From Sulfolobales archaeon (GTDB lineage: Archaea; Thermoproteota; Thermoprotei_A; Sulfolobales; AG1): 64,000 nucleotides of DNA. Shown one piece after another: positions 19,076 to 28,459 of the stretch. The position numbers and the translations under genes are program-made. Under the pieces are notes generated by a model. That model had not been told where the DNA came from, ran no database searches, and was given only the letters and a program-made list of their open reading frames with translations. How positions within the stretch are numbered: the stretch's first letter is position 1; each line of letters begins with the position of its first letter. The DNA lies in contig JAWBYA010000001.1 in NCBI GenBank assembly GCA_038867615.1, forward strand, positions 224,001 to 288,000. The letters are read 5' to 3'.

Positions 19076-19903
19076 CTAGCTTGTTTTAGGCGTTCTTGAG
19101 AGTATCTTCTTAGCTATCCTGTAGTGGACAACATCTATCATCTCACTACCAAGCCTTGCAGCGCCCCTACCGCTTTTAGATGCTTCTTCAAAGACCTCTA
19201 TCACCTTCAAGGCCCACTCTATCTCCTGCTTAGATGGTGTGAATACCTCGTTAGCTATATCGATCTGTTTAGGATGGATCAGGGTTTTCCCCACATATCC
19301 TAGCTTCTTAGCCTCGAGAGCGTCTCTCCTAAAACCCTCTAGATCGTCTATGTTGAAGTAAACCTTATCTATAGCATCAACGCCGTAGGATGATGCAACC
19401 ATAGCTACTAGGGCTCTTATAAATTGGTTATTCTCATAGGCCTCTGGGCTTCCACCAACGCTCAGGGCTAGATCTGCGGGGCCCCATGTTATCGCCACCA
19501 CACCCTCTGATCTAGCTATATCCTCTATCCTTAGAAAACCCCTTGCAGTCTCGATCAGGGGGAAGATGTTTTTACCACTAGCCCTATATATAAAGCTTAG
19601 ATCATTCTCAGCCTTCGGGATCATTATACATGACGCATTATCCCATCTAGCGACATATGCTAGATCCTCTATCCCTTCCCGAGTATAGATAGGGTTGATC
19701 CTAACGCAAACCTCTCTACCGCCCCAGCTTAGCTCCTTTAGAAGACTTCCCAAGAGCTCTCTAGCCCTTTCCTTCTCACCAGCCGGTACTGAATCCTCGA
19801 GATCTAGGATCACCGAGTCTGAGTTAAGATCGCATGATTTCCTTATCTTTCTCTCATCGTTTCCCGGTACAAAGAGCATGCTCCTCCTCGGCATCAAGCC
19901 CAC
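19076..19903 (-). CDS. CitE/HpcH-family CoA-ester lyase (citryl/malyl/citramalyl-CoA lyase-like)
   Basis: RRSMLFVPG, DLEDSV, VRIN, LIETA, GPADL and GK.LIHP motifs. Confidence 0.92.
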   Translation of the reverse strand: MGLMPRRSMLFVPGNDERKIRKSCDLNSDSVILDLEDSVPAGEKERARELLGSLLKELSWGGREVCVRINPIYTREGIEDLAYVARWDNASCIMIPKAENDLSFIYRASGKNIFPLIETARGFLRIEDIARSEGVVAITWGPADLALSVGGSPEAYENNQFIRALVAMVASSYGVDAIDKVYFNIDDLEGFRRDALEAKKLGYVGKTLIHPKQIDIANEVFTPSKQEIEWALKVIEVFEEASKSGRGAARLGSEMIDVVHYRIAKKILSRTPKTS

Positions 19904-20394
19904 CTATGGTCTCTCTTAGGAACCATTATGGTTCTATCACATTCTAGCAAGAGATCGTTGTTCTGGTTATAAGCCCTTATCCTCAGCCTAACGATCCCGA
20001 ATCCTGGTCTGCTCTTCGACTCCCTAGCCTCGATAACCTCTGCCTCAGCATATATAGTGTCTCCTGAGAACACGGGTTTGTGGAACTTAACATTCTCTAT
20101 CCCTAGCATAAAGCCTCTAGACGATAGGTGGGTTGTGAGCCCTATTGCTATTGATAGGGTTAGCAGTCCATTAACCACTAATCTACCCTTGAAAGGCTCG
20201 CCTGGATAGTTCTTCTCGGTATAGCCCTTATCAAAGTGGATTGGGTTAACATTGCTTGTGAGGAGTGTAAACCATATGTTATCTACATCAGTAACGGTCC
20301 TCCCAAGGGGGTTTCTATATCTAAGCCCGGGCTTTAGATCCTCGAAATAAGGACCTGAGAGAGCCCGTTCAACTAGGGATCCGTAGTCCTCCAA
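19894..20394 (-). CDS. MaoC-family hotdog dehydratase/hydratase
   Basis: YFEDL, GRTVTDVDN, NPIHFD and PVFSGDT motifs. Confidence 0.92.
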   Translation of the reverse strand: MEDYGSLVERALSGPYFEDLKPGLRYRNPLGRTVTDVDNIWFTLLTSNVNPIHFDKGYTEKNYPGEPFKGRLVVNGLLTLSIAIGLTTHLSSRGFMLGIENVKFHKPVFSGDTIYAEAEVIEARESKSRPGFGIVRLRIRAYNQNNDLLLECDRTIMVPKRDHRWA

Positions 20395-20467
20395 TCTGTT
20401 CCCTATATCTGTTGCCTTCTTATAAATATATTGTTTCTATGTGGATAGAGAGGTTTATTGATAGTTT

Positions 20468-21358
20468 CTAGCTCTTCTCGCTTGGAGGTCTCCTCACAGG
20501 TACTAGCTGTTCCAGAAGCCTGGTTGCTCCTAGGAGTAGTTCCATCGGTATCACGATCTTTGTTGATGGCGTGCTTGAGATCGATTTAAGGGCTTCTAGG
20601 TATTGCAGGTAGAGAGTGTTATAATCAACCCTAGATGCTGCTGAGTTTATAAGCTCAAGCGCCCTCGATACCCCTTCAGCCCTCAGGATCTCTGCCTGCT
20701 TATCTCCCTCAGCTTTTCTGATCTGTGATTCTTTATACCCCTCTGCCTCTAGTATTGCTGCCTGCTTCTTACCCTCTGCCTCTAGGATCATGGCTCTCCT
20801 TGTTCTCTCAGCCGACATTTGTCTAATCATTGCCTCCTGCACATCCCTAGGAGGCTTGATCTCTCTTATCTCAACAGAGGTCACCTTGATCCCCCACCTA
20901 TCCGTGACCTCGTCAAGCTTAGCTCTCAGCGTGCTATTAATATACTCCCTCTTTGCAAGGACATCGTCTAGCATGAGATCCCCAACCACAGCCCTTAGCG
21001 TGGTTACAGCCATACCGGTGGAGGCTGTTACATAGTTACTCACAGCTGTCACGGACTTCACGGGATCGAATACCTTGAGATAGACCAATAGATCTATATC
21101 AACCGGGGCGTTATCCTTAGTTATACAGGTCTGGGGCGGTATGTCTATAACAAACTCCCTAAGATCAACCCTCTGGGCAGTATCTATTATCGGAACCAAG
21201 AAGATCAGCCCGGGACCCCTCACACCTATCATCCTACCCAGTCTAAAGACAACTAGCCTCTCATACTCAGGCACGATCCTTATAGATCTTGCGAGGATTG
21301 CTAGGAGGATTATTAGAACAAGAATTATTAGAATTAGAGATACTGGATCTAGAGGCAT
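20468..21358 (-). CDS. SPFH/band 7 stomatin-like protein
   Basis: N-terminal TM, YERLVVFRLG, ITKDN and QMSAER. Confidence 0.95.
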   Translation of the reverse strand: MPLDPVSLILIILVLIILLAILARSIRIVPEYERLVVFRLGRMIGVRGPGLIFLVPIIDTAQRVDLREFVIDIPPQTCITKDNAPVDIDLLVYLKVFDPVKSVTAVSNYVTASTGMAVTTLRAVVGDLMLDDVLAKREYINSTLRAKLDEVTDRWGIKVTSVEIREIKPPRDVQEAMIRQMSAERTRRAMILEAEGKKQAAILEAEGYKESQIRKAEGDKQAEILRAEGVSRALELINSAASRVDYNTLYLQYLEALKSISSTPSTKIVIPMELLLGATRLLEQLVPVRRPPSEKS

Positions 21359-21568
21359 TAAACAACCCGTAAAATACTCTATTCAAAGACTTATAAACCT
21401 TGAGCTGTTGGAAGGCCCGTGAGACTCTGGATATTTCCCATAGATCTATGCTGTCATTAAGATCCTAGCCAGAAGCACTGCCCAGGCTCCTTAGCGTCTC
21501 GCCAACCTTGTATTTGATACACCTAATGAGTATAGCTCGTTGTTATGAGCTTCTCTATTTTAGGACTA

Positions 21569-22570
21569 TTAGCTATGGTGATCCAGATATAATGGGATCT
21601 CTTTCACAAGATCTTTTGCTAAAGGTCTATCTATTACTAGTCTTAGGGTGTAGGTGTTCTCTCTATAGCCTATGAAGATCGTGTTTTCCTCTCCAAGGAT
21701 GCTCTTAATCTCTTTGGCTATATCCTCCATGTCGAGTGTTTTTTCGTGTGTTATTATGATGAGAGGTCTGCATATTGGTAGCTCGGTTTCGAAGGATCCT
21801 GATCTTCCTGAGTAGATCTTGAGTGGGGCTTTTCCGATAAAGCTTCCACGGATCTCTTCTCCAGCTCCTATCTCGACTCTATATGATCTTGCTCGTTTTA
21901 TCATTAGGGGTGCTATGCGTCCAATAACTCTGCATCCTATGAATTCTAGTCTGTAGAAGCATAGCTCTCCATCACCCTCAACCTTCTCATTAACAACCTT
22001 ATTGCTGGTAATCCTGGGTGTTATTGGTATGATGATTATATCTCTATACCTACCCCCAGAGATCTTCAGGATCTTTCCATCAAAAAACCCCTCATTGGTT
22101 GGGAAAATAGCCAGGATATTGCTAACCCCCAGCTCCTTCAAATCATACCCTGTAGAAACCTCAGAGATCTTCTCAAAAATCTTGGTAGTAATATACCTAG
22201 TCGTGGTGTCATGAGCCTCACCACCGATAGAGATCGATATAATATTTCTGCTAATCTCGCCCTTAATGGTGGCTCTATAGAGCTCTAACAGCTCTCCCGA
22301 GGGTAGAGTGAGCCTGGAGATCTTCAATTTATCGGAGAACTCTCTTAGAGCTTCATTCCTCTCTGCTGTGAGCAGTATCCATTTAATAAGCAGTAGAAGC
22401 CCGGCTCCCCATATAAGTATAGCTATATAGGTTACTAGAGGGTTGCTGATTATCCGTAATACTACAACTGTGGTAATTATCAATATAACTATAGAGAGAA
22501 TACTACAGAATAAAGGCATCACAAGATCTTTCTCAACAGTGATTACGAGAGGATCACGATCGCTGGTCAA
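21569..22570 (-). CDS. Uncharacterised protein with two N-terminal TM helices, paralog of 50962-52005
   Basis: Shares NEGFFDGKILKI, IAPLM.KRARSYRVEIG and FIGYREN.Y.L.LVIDRPLAKDLVKEIP with 50962-52005. Confidence 0.85.
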   Translation of the reverse strand: MTSDRDPLVITVEKDLVMPLFCSILSIVILIITTVVVLRIISNPLVTYIAILIWGAGLLLLIKWILLTAERNEALREFSDKLKISRLTLPSGELLELYRATIKGEISRNIISISIGGEAHDTTTRYITTKIFEKISEVSTGYDLKELGVSNILAIFPTNEGFFDGKILKISGGRYRDIIIIPITPRITSNKVVNEKVEGDGELCFYRLEFIGCRVIGRIAPLMIKRARSYRVEIGAGEEIRGSFIGKAPLKIYSGRSGSFETELPICRPLIIITHEKTLDMEDIAKEIKSILGEENTIFIGYRENTYTLRLVIDRPLAKDLVKEIPLYLDHHS

Positions 22571-22744
22571 GGCTGCTAAATGCTATTAAAGAAAAGCCCT
22601 TAAAAATCTTCGAGAGGTCATATTCATAAACTGTTTGCTATCTCTGATACCCTTGATGTTTATCGATATTGTTTCGTTATCCGAGATCTTAACACTGAGA
22701 TGGGATAGGTTGTAAGACTTCAGCCTCTTAATGGTTGTAGTATT

Positions 22745-23995
22745 CTAGCCGTTCTCGGCTTTCTTTACTTTTAAAATGATCCCCTCCATCGATACTACGA
22801 CTACCTTCGATCCTGACGGTATCTTGCCACTGACAGAATATGCTGTCCATTCCTCGCCTGCTACGTAGACCACACCGGGGGTGTTTTCGTCTATATCTGT
22901 CTTTGCAAGACCTATCTTTCCAACAATAAGCTCTTCCGGCTTGTATCTCTTCATCCTCACAGCCTGCCCTGCTTTATATGCTATGAAGCCTACGAGCCCG
23001 CCAAATCCTAGTATGAGGGCTGCTACCCCTGCTAGTTCTAGGCTTAGGGTTCCCGGGGGTCTCTGGAGTATTAGCATTGATATCCCTGCTGCTATCAGGA
23101 CTATGCCTGCTATTCCGAAGGCGCCGAAGCCTGGTGTTGTGACCTCTATTAGTGTTAGCACTACTCCTGAGAGTAGGAGGGTTATTACCAAGAGGTCTGG
23201 GGGTACGAGGCTCATGCCATAGAGGGCTAGCAGGATTAGGAGGGCGCCTGCTATCGCGTATCCCTGAAAACCTGTGGTGAAGATCTCTGCTAGTATTAGG
23301 TAGACTCCTATTGTTAGTATGAGCGAATATATCAGTGGATCAGATAGTAGAGAGACTATTCCCTCAAAGAAATCCTTACTATATCTAGACCCAATCACGA
23401 GACCCTCTTTATCGAGCACCTCCTCAAGACTTGAGGCTGGAGATGCTATGCCTATCGAGACAGCTTCCCTCTCAGTCAGTGTTAGGCTCTCCTTAACAAA
23501 TCTCTCAGCGATCTCCACCTTAGCCGGGTCGTCAAAGGCTCTTTGAGCCAAAGCCCTGAATCTCGAGGCAACATAGCTCACAGTCTTCTCATCAGAGGGT
23601 ATAGGTTTGGCAGCCCCTATACTGCTCCCAGGCCCCATATAGATCTTTCCACACGCTATCGCAACCATAGATGCTGCCGAGGCAGCCTTCCCACCCGGGG
23701 GTATGTATGCAACACACCTAGCACCTGAGCCAACCAATATCTCGGCTATCCTGTCAGCAGATGCTACATAGCCTCCATAGCTATCTATGATGAGTGTAAT
23801 CGACATGCTATTATCAAGAGCGCTCTTCACAGCCCTCTCTACCAGGGAGACCATCCCGCCGTCGATGTTACCAATAACATCGACTACTATGGTGGACTGC
23901 TTAGAGGCGCTTTGGGCTAATACAGCTATATGGATTGATGTGGTGAGAATGAATAACACCGTGACTAGCGTTATTAAAGCACTATATCCCCTCAT
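22745..23995 (-). CDS. nfeD: NfeD/STOPP membrane-bound ClpP-class protease
   Basis: IDSYGG, AASAA, GAAKP, TM block and C-terminal OB fold GEEWTA. Confidence 0.92.
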   Translation of the reverse strand: MRGYSALITLVTVLFILTTSIHIAVLAQSASKQSTIVVDVIGNIDGGMVSLVERAVKSALDNSMSITLIIDSYGGYVASADRIAEILVGSGARCVAYIPPGGKAASAASMVAIACGKIYMGPGSSIGAAKPIPSDEKTVSYVASRFRALAQRAFDDPAKVEIAERFVKESLTLTEREAVSIGIASPASSLEEVLDKEGLVIGSRYSKDFFEGIVSLLSDPLIYSLILTIGVYLILAEIFTTGFQGYAIAGALLILLALYGMSLVPPDLLVITLLLSGVVLTLIEVTTPGFGAFGIAGIVLIAAGISMLILQRPPGTLSLELAGVAALILGFGGLVGFIAYKAGQAVRMKRYKPEELIVGKIGLAKTDIDENTPGVVYVAGEEWTAYSVSGKIPSGSKVVVVSMEGIILKVKKAENG

Positions 23996-24054
23996 AAGAG
24001 TGTCCAGTAGTAATAAGTAAGGGGATGTATAAAACCATAATTGTGGGGATCAGT

Positions 24055-24981
24055 ATGATCTGTTCTAAGGCTCCTGGGAAGATAATCCTGTTTGGAGAGC
24101 ACTTTGTAGTGAAAGGGGTTCCGGGTATTGGCATGGCTGTCAGCTCCTATGCAAAGGCATGTGTTGAGGAAAGCGATAAGAACACGGTTTTATCGAAACA
24201 GCTGGGCCTGGTTTATGACGAGGCTGAGGGGGTAGGTTTTGGGGGTGGCTTTGAAGTTATATTCAAGCTCATCGCCTCTATGGGTTGCTCTAAGAGGGTG
24301 AGGGCTTATATAGATTCCTCTATATTTATGGGCTCTGGGATGGGTTCTTCAGCAGCATCCTCGGTTGCTCTGATCCATGCTCTCATGAGGCTCTGCGGTT
24401 TAGACCCCTCTAAGGAGGTTGTGTCTAGGATAGCCTTTGAGGCTGAGAAGGCTGTCCACGGAAAACCTAGCGGTATTGATAATACCCTAGCAACCTATGG
24501 GGGGCTACTTTACTACAGATCCGGGGTTTTTGAGAGGATAGATATCAAATGGCCCGAGGAGTATTCGTTGCTTGTTGTGAACACAGGGATCCATAGAGAG
24601 ACAGGGGTTGTGGTTAAAGACGTTCTAAACCTCTATGAGAGGAGGAGAGGGGTTTTAGAACATATATACAAGGCTGCGGAAGAGCTTGTAAACCAAGCCC
24701 TAGCAATGCTGAAGAAAGGGGATTTCGAGAACCTGGGGGAGTTGATGAATATAAACCAAGGATTACTATATACTGTGAATGTTTCATGCCCGAAATGTGA
24801 GGAGATAATCTGGCTCCTCAGGAGAAACAAAGCCCTAGGGGTCAAGCTAAGCGGTGCTGGGAGGGGAGGGATCATAATAGCCCTATATAGAAAGAAAGAT
24901 CTAGAGGGTGTGAGGCAGCTACTAAAAGAAGAGAGCCTAGTAGTAAGCCTCGACGAGCAAGGGGTTCTTTCAATTTCGTAG
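24055..24981 (+). CDS. mvk: Mevalonate kinase (GHMP family)
   Basis: APGKIILFGEHFVV, GSGMGSSAA, HGKPSGID and KLSGAGRGG motifs. Confidence 0.93.
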   Translation: MICSKAPGKIILFGEHFVVKGVPGIGMAVSSYAKACVEESDKNTVLSKQLGLVYDEAEGVGFGGGFEVIFKLIASMGCSKRVRAYIDSSIFMGSGMGSSAASSVALIHALMRLCGLDPSKEVVSRIAFEAEKAVHGKPSGIDNTLATYGGLLYYRSGVFERIDIKWPEEYSLLVVNTGIHRETGVVVKDVLNLYERRRGVLEHIYKAAEELVNQALAMLKKGDFENLGELMNINQGLLYTVNVSCPKCEEIIWLLRRNKALGVKLSGAGRGGIIIALYRKKDLEGVRQLLKEESLVVSLDEQGVLSIS

Positions 24982-24990
24982 TAAATCGGC
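24967..24990 (-). repeat. Degenerate CRISPR-repeat copy R4 overlapping the mvk stop codon
   Basis: ctttcaatttcgtagtaaatcggc matches R2 at 19/24; the ATTGAAAG handle is intact on the - strand. Confidence 0.6.
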
Positions 24991-25163
24991 GAAACAGTCC
25001 TCGGTGTATAAATAATCGGCTGGGTTTGGGACTTATAAAAACAAAAGATCCCTTGGGTCGTTTTAGAAGATTCTGTGGAAGAAGAGATAAAGATACTAAG
25101 GCTATTGGGTTTTGCCATCATTAAAACTAAGGATCAAATACGAAGTTCCGCATAATATAGTAG

Positions 25164-28145
25164 TTAAGTCGATCTACTAAAGAATTGGGAGAGATCGCGG
25201 TAGAGCTCTACAAGCATCTCCTCCACATCCTCTCTCCTCAAGCTCGGTTGCAGGGCTTTTAACACCATGGTATCTAGCTCGATCCTTTTTTCCTGGGGCG
25301 GGAAGTATTGTTCCGGCAGTCTTTTTAGCTCGGAGTGTTTGAACATATCGAAGATCTCTGAGAGAGTGTTGATCTTACCTTCTGGAAGTGATGTGATATC
25401 AAGGACTGGGAGGAGTTTCCAGTGGGTTATTTTAAGACTGCTCCACGCACCCTCGGTCTCCTCCCTGTGGGCTATGATGCTCATAATCCCCCATGTGGTG
25501 TTAAGCCATAGGCATAGCGCTTTGAGCTTTCTATCATCGTTGCCTGTTTTGAGTCTAACGGCATAGAATATGTTTGAGAGTACAGGTTTTGTAACATAGA
25601 TCGCTGTTACATGGGCTGTGTTGAGCCTTATTCTCTCTGGGACGAGGAGGCTGCTTGCAAACCTCTCAAATATTCTTCTCGCTTTCCCATCCTTCGGAAG
25701 GATCCGGGCGTTAGGATCGGTCTGTAACCGGGTTCTCAACTCTTCTCCCCCACCATATAGGGCTGGCAGAGATCCTGGCGCCTCTGCAGCTCTTCTAAAG
25801 CTATCGTGGAATTGATGCCTGTCAATCCCGATCACCGCTATCTCTCCAAGCCTCTTAACCGGGATCCTTATCTCTCTAGCTCCAAGCCTTATACTACCCT
25901 CTAGCAGCTCTAACACATAGTTTGAGAGCCGCGGGTTTGTGAATGCTAATAGCTTTCCCCAGTTATCCAGGTGCTTTAGAAGCAATCGCCTCGGGATCGT
26001 ATATACAATGCCACAAGATCTTCCAGCCTCTACATTGCTGCCTAGGCTGCTGCTCCCTAGCGTTATATCTATCTCAGCGGCTTTCCCACACCTATCTATG
26101 ATTTCATGTGCCAGCCATACTCCCTCAAGTGCTGTTTTAGGTTTTCTGACCAGGTTTGCTATGCATGTTCTCTCATCCTCAACATGCTTATCAACCCTCC
26201 TTGCGATCACGAGGCACTCGCTCAGGTCTGTAGATTCGCTAAAACCATAGCCTTCTTCGGGATCGTTGCTAACAATAACATATTCTAGGTGGAATCTCGA
26301 TGCTAAGAACGATCGTGCGAGGAACCAGCTTATCCCTGACAAGAGATTCCTGGGTAGAACAAACGCTATCCTACCCCCCTCTTTTACCAGCTCCCCAGCA
26401 ATGTATAGGAAGAGGAGCCCTTCACCAGCCTGTCCAATCTCTAGGAAGGTTTTTACACCTTCCCCGCTGAGTGAGGTTTCTAGTTCTTTCAGGAAAGCCT
26501 TTCCCTCGCTAGTCTCGGATAACATGTATCTCACATATTCTCTAAGTCTCTTGTAGGATCTGAGGAGCTTCTCCCTAGCATGCTTATCCACTATAAAGCC
26601 GAAGAGCCCTGATTCTTTCCTGCCGCCTCTTCCAGTTGCTCTGGTGAAGGGAGGGTTCATTATGATTAGGTCAAACCTTTCTGGAAGATCTATTATTTCT
26701 TCCTTCCTAGAGGCAGAGATCCTGATTATACCTCTGCTCCTCGGAGGGTTTGCAAGAATCCTCTGCACTAGATCCAGGCTTCCCATAGATACAGATCCGT
26801 TAGGGCCTATTCCAAGCGGTGCTGTGTAGATATTCATGCTTTGTGGAGAAGCTTCGGGATTATGGAGGGCAAGGATCGTGGTTGTTATATATGTTGCGAA
26901 TCTAAGGGAATCCAACCCCCAGAGGGTTTTCTCCAAAACAGTCCTGTGGAAGCCCTCAACATCGACTTCCAACCCTTCTTTCAAGCGATCTCTGGTATAG
27001 AGGTATAGAAGACCATCGTAAGAGGCTGAGAGAAGAGTTCCCGAGCCGCATGCTAGATCGGCTATTCTGAAATTATCAAGAGAGCTGAGGCTCTGCCACG
27101 CCTGGTTTGGGGTTGTAAGGGCTAGTCTGGCAAGCAGGTACGATGAAGGTATGCTTGTAAAATATGTTGCTAGGTTCTTCCTAACAGCCCAGCTCCCTAC
27201 TATTGTATGGTATATCTTGCCCGCGAAATCGCGTCTCAACAAGGTCTTGTTGCTTGCTATGCTGCTTGCAAAGCCGATCAGATCCATGATCGCTTGTTGA
27301 GCGTCTATAGGGAGTTTTTCAACGATCTCCTTGGCAATGCTGAAGATCGGTTGGTTGTTTATTTTAACAATACTATCGAAGGCTTTCTCAAGGGCTGGTA
27401 GGCCGTTTCTCCCTCCTACCAGGCTTTCCAGGGGTTTGAGGCCGTGTTTGGCTCTTATACTCTCATAGAGTATGGCGCTTAGGAGGATAGCTAGGGCTGC
27501 TTTACCATAGATCATTTCCTTGATATCCTCTACCTCTCCTATGGAGATGCCGTAGAGTTTATGGAAAACATTGTAGAGCTCTCTACATATAGATAGATCT
27601 CTATCCACAGAGCCTAGGGTTTTGATTAGCCGGTTGATAAGCTTCTCTATCTCCTCCTCGGCTTTTCTAATCATTTCCTCCAAAACCAGGTGCTGGATCG
27701 CTTGGTCTATGCTATCCCTTAGAAGGGGTACATCGACCCTAAGCCACCCTTGCGTGAGCAGCTCTCGCGGAGATTCCTTAGATCTCTTCTCCAAGAAGCG
27801 CGATAGATTTCTCGTCACATCTTCTCCGGGTATGAAGAACCTAGCCCTCAATACAGATCTTTCCAAGATCTCCTCGATCTCATCCTCCGCAACTTCCTCA
27901 GGAAAAGCCTGTCTATCATACCAGATAGCTACGGCTATGTCGCAAAGCCCGCTCTCAAGCCTCTCTATCGCATTTCTTTCAGCAACACGAGCTTCGTAGG
28001 ATCCTTCGAGGGCTATTCTGAAACCCTTATACAGAAGAACTATGCCTGTAGAACCATCTATATATATCTCAACCCTCTCTTTAAAACCATGCCTCCCAAG
28101 CAGCCGGGCTAAGGTCCTGCTAACCCTACCTTCATCGATACCCAA
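25164..28145 (-). CDS. Type IIG/Eco57I-like fused restriction-modification protein (amino-DNA methyltransferase)
   Basis: 993 aa; motif I DLACGSGTLL; motif IV NPPF; long C-terminal target-recognition region. Confidence 0.88.
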   Translation of the reverse strand: MGIDEGRVSRTLARLLGRHGFKERVEIYIDGSTGIVLLYKGFRIALEGSYEARVAERNAIERLESGLCDIAVAIWYDRQAFPEEVAEDEIEEILERSVLRARFFIPGEDVTRNLSRFLEKRSKESPRELLTQGWLRVDVPLLRDSIDQAIQHLVLEEMIRKAEEEIEKLINRLIKTLGSVDRDLSICRELYNVFHKLYGISIGEVEDIKEMIYGKAALAILLSAILYESIRAKHGLKPLESLVGGRNGLPALEKAFDSIVKINNQPIFSIAKEIVEKLPIDAQQAIMDLIGFASSIASNKTLLRRDFAGKIYHTIVGSWAVRKNLATYFTSIPSSYLLARLALTTPNQAWQSLSSLDNFRIADLACGSGTLLSASYDGLLYLYTRDRLKEGLEVDVEGFHRTVLEKTLWGLDSLRFATYITTTILALHNPEASPQSMNIYTAPLGIGPNGSVSMGSLDLVQRILANPPRSRGIIRISASRKEEIIDLPERFDLIIMNPPFTRATGRGGRKESGLFGFIVDKHAREKLLRSYKRLREYVRYMLSETSEGKAFLKELETSLSGEGVKTFLEIGQAGEGLLFLYIAGELVKEGGRIAFVLPRNLLSGISWFLARSFLASRFHLEYVIVSNDPEEGYGFSESTDLSECLVIARRVDKHVEDERTCIANLVRKPKTALEGVWLAHEIIDRCGKAAEIDITLGSSSLGSNVEAGRSCGIVYTIPRRLLLKHLDNWGKLLAFTNPRLSNYVLELLEGSIRLGAREIRIPVKRLGEIAVIGIDRHQFHDSFRRAAEAPGSLPALYGGGEELRTRLQTDPNARILPKDGKARRIFERFASSLLVPERIRLNTAHVTAIYVTKPVLSNIFYAVRLKTGNDDRKLKALCLWLNTTWGIMSIIAHREETEGAWSSLKITHWKLLPVLDITSLPEGKINTLSEIFDMFKHSELKRLPEQYFPPQEKRIELDTMVLKALQPSLRREDVEEMLVELYRDLSQFFSRST
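25168..25191 (+). repeat. Degenerate CRISPR-repeat copy R5 inside the last codons of the R-M gene
   Basis: gtcgatctactaaagaattgggag matches the R2 repeat at 21/24 and is inverted relative to R4. Confidence 0.7.
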
Positions 28146-28459
28146 TCCGTATCCCCAACCACATTTATCCGGTATCCTGTTACATGGATGACGCGCTCTG
28201 CCTAATTAAAATAGATATTCGAGGCTTCTTAGCTATTATAGGTAGCAAGAGAAATCTATATAAATAGCATAGCTATCAGAGTTGGTGCAGATAGCGAAAC
28301 AGGTGAGATGCTTAGGTGATGGTATTCGATTAGACCCTAACGATCTCGTGGCTTAAATCTCTAAGGACGCTTTAGCGATAAACAAGAGTGATCGAACTAT
28401 GGCTAGGTATTTATCATGTATTTTTATATTTTTCTGCTAACTACCGGTTGGTGTTCTTG

